A DNA stretch of 64,000 bases from Octopus sinensis. Taxonomy: Eukaryota. The notes under the pieces were generated by a model, which was not told the DNA's origin, did not search any database, and saw only the letters and a program-made list of their open reading frames with translations. The DNA lies in assembly GCF_006345805.1 (NCBI RefSeq), contig NC_043011.1, positions 42,606,464-42,670,463 on the forward strand, in the 5' to 3' direction. The position numbers and the translations under genes were made by a program. Positions 63,396 to 64,000 of this stretch are shown here, piece by piece (the first letter of the stretch is position 1; every line of letters begins with the position of its first letter).

Positions 63396-63482
63396 CAGTA
63401 AGTAACACACAAAGTCATCAACAATAATACATGCAAGATGGTCACCCACTCCGTATATAGTCTAATTATAATTATCATTATG

Positions 63483-63642
63483 CGCAGGAGTGGCTGTGTG
63501 GTAAGTAGCTTGCTTACCCACCATATGGTTCCGGGTTCAGTCCTACTGCGTGGCACCTTGGGCAAGTGTCTTCTACTATAGCTCGGGCCGACCAAAGCCT
63601 TGTGAGTGGATTTGGTAGATGGAAACTGAAAAGAAGCCCGTC

Positions 63643-63726
<84 letters not shown>

Positions 63727-63943
63727 TATAGATGTGTGTGTGTCTGTGTTTGACCCCACAGCGTCGCTTGACAACCGATGCTGGTGTGTTTATGTCCCCC
63801 GTAACTTAGCGGTTCGGCAAAAGAGACCGATAGAATAAGTACTAGGCTTCCAAAGAATAAGTCCTGGGGTCGATTTGCTCGACTAAAGGCGGCGCTCCAG
63901 CACGGCCGCAGTCAAATGACTGAAACAAGTGAAAGAGTAAAAG
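63483..63943 (+). mobile_element. SINE family C, full length with an expanded internal (TA)n
   Basis: Same head and tail as 41990-42400. Confidence 0.85.
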
Positions 63944-64000
63944 AGGTATCTTTACAACTTTTGTAACTCCTTTTAACCGAGTAAACTTCCGTTCTTGGGA

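Overview
This is AT-rich, very repeat-dense animal genomic DNA. The SINE families and the (TA)n/(CA)n/(TATG)n/(TCTA)n load suggest an octopod cephalopod; this is inference, not a database result. Host genes: (1) the last two coding exons of a + strand SPC25 (kinetochore Ndc80 complex) orthologue at 6223-6321 and 9428-9549. (2) A convergent, unidentified minus-strand gene that the ORF track largely misses because most exons are short. I can chain 9 phase-compatible GT-AG exons from 59293 down to 39728, plus smaller chains down to about 12.7 kb. The rest is intron or intergenic DNA filled with mobile elements: several tRNA-headed SINE families, CR1-like, RTE-like and RLE-type LINE fragments, mariner/maT/hAT relics, MITEs, two non-autonomous Helitrons and Penelope-like elements. 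The most interesting patterns are: (a) a tRNA-headed short element carrying a minimal hammerhead-ribozyme fold, inserted as a Penelope-style inverted pair; (b) three fold-back inversions, including a palindrome with ~1.1-kb arms carrying a GIY-YIG endonuclease; (c) a SINE whose target-site duplications all start GGT(AT), so it lands on and duplicates 5' splice donors and forms head-truncated tandem multimers; (d) a LINE/SINE shared 3' tail with a compensated hairpin. All of this was read by eye. Repeat boundaries are approximate unless a TSD or TIR is quoted.
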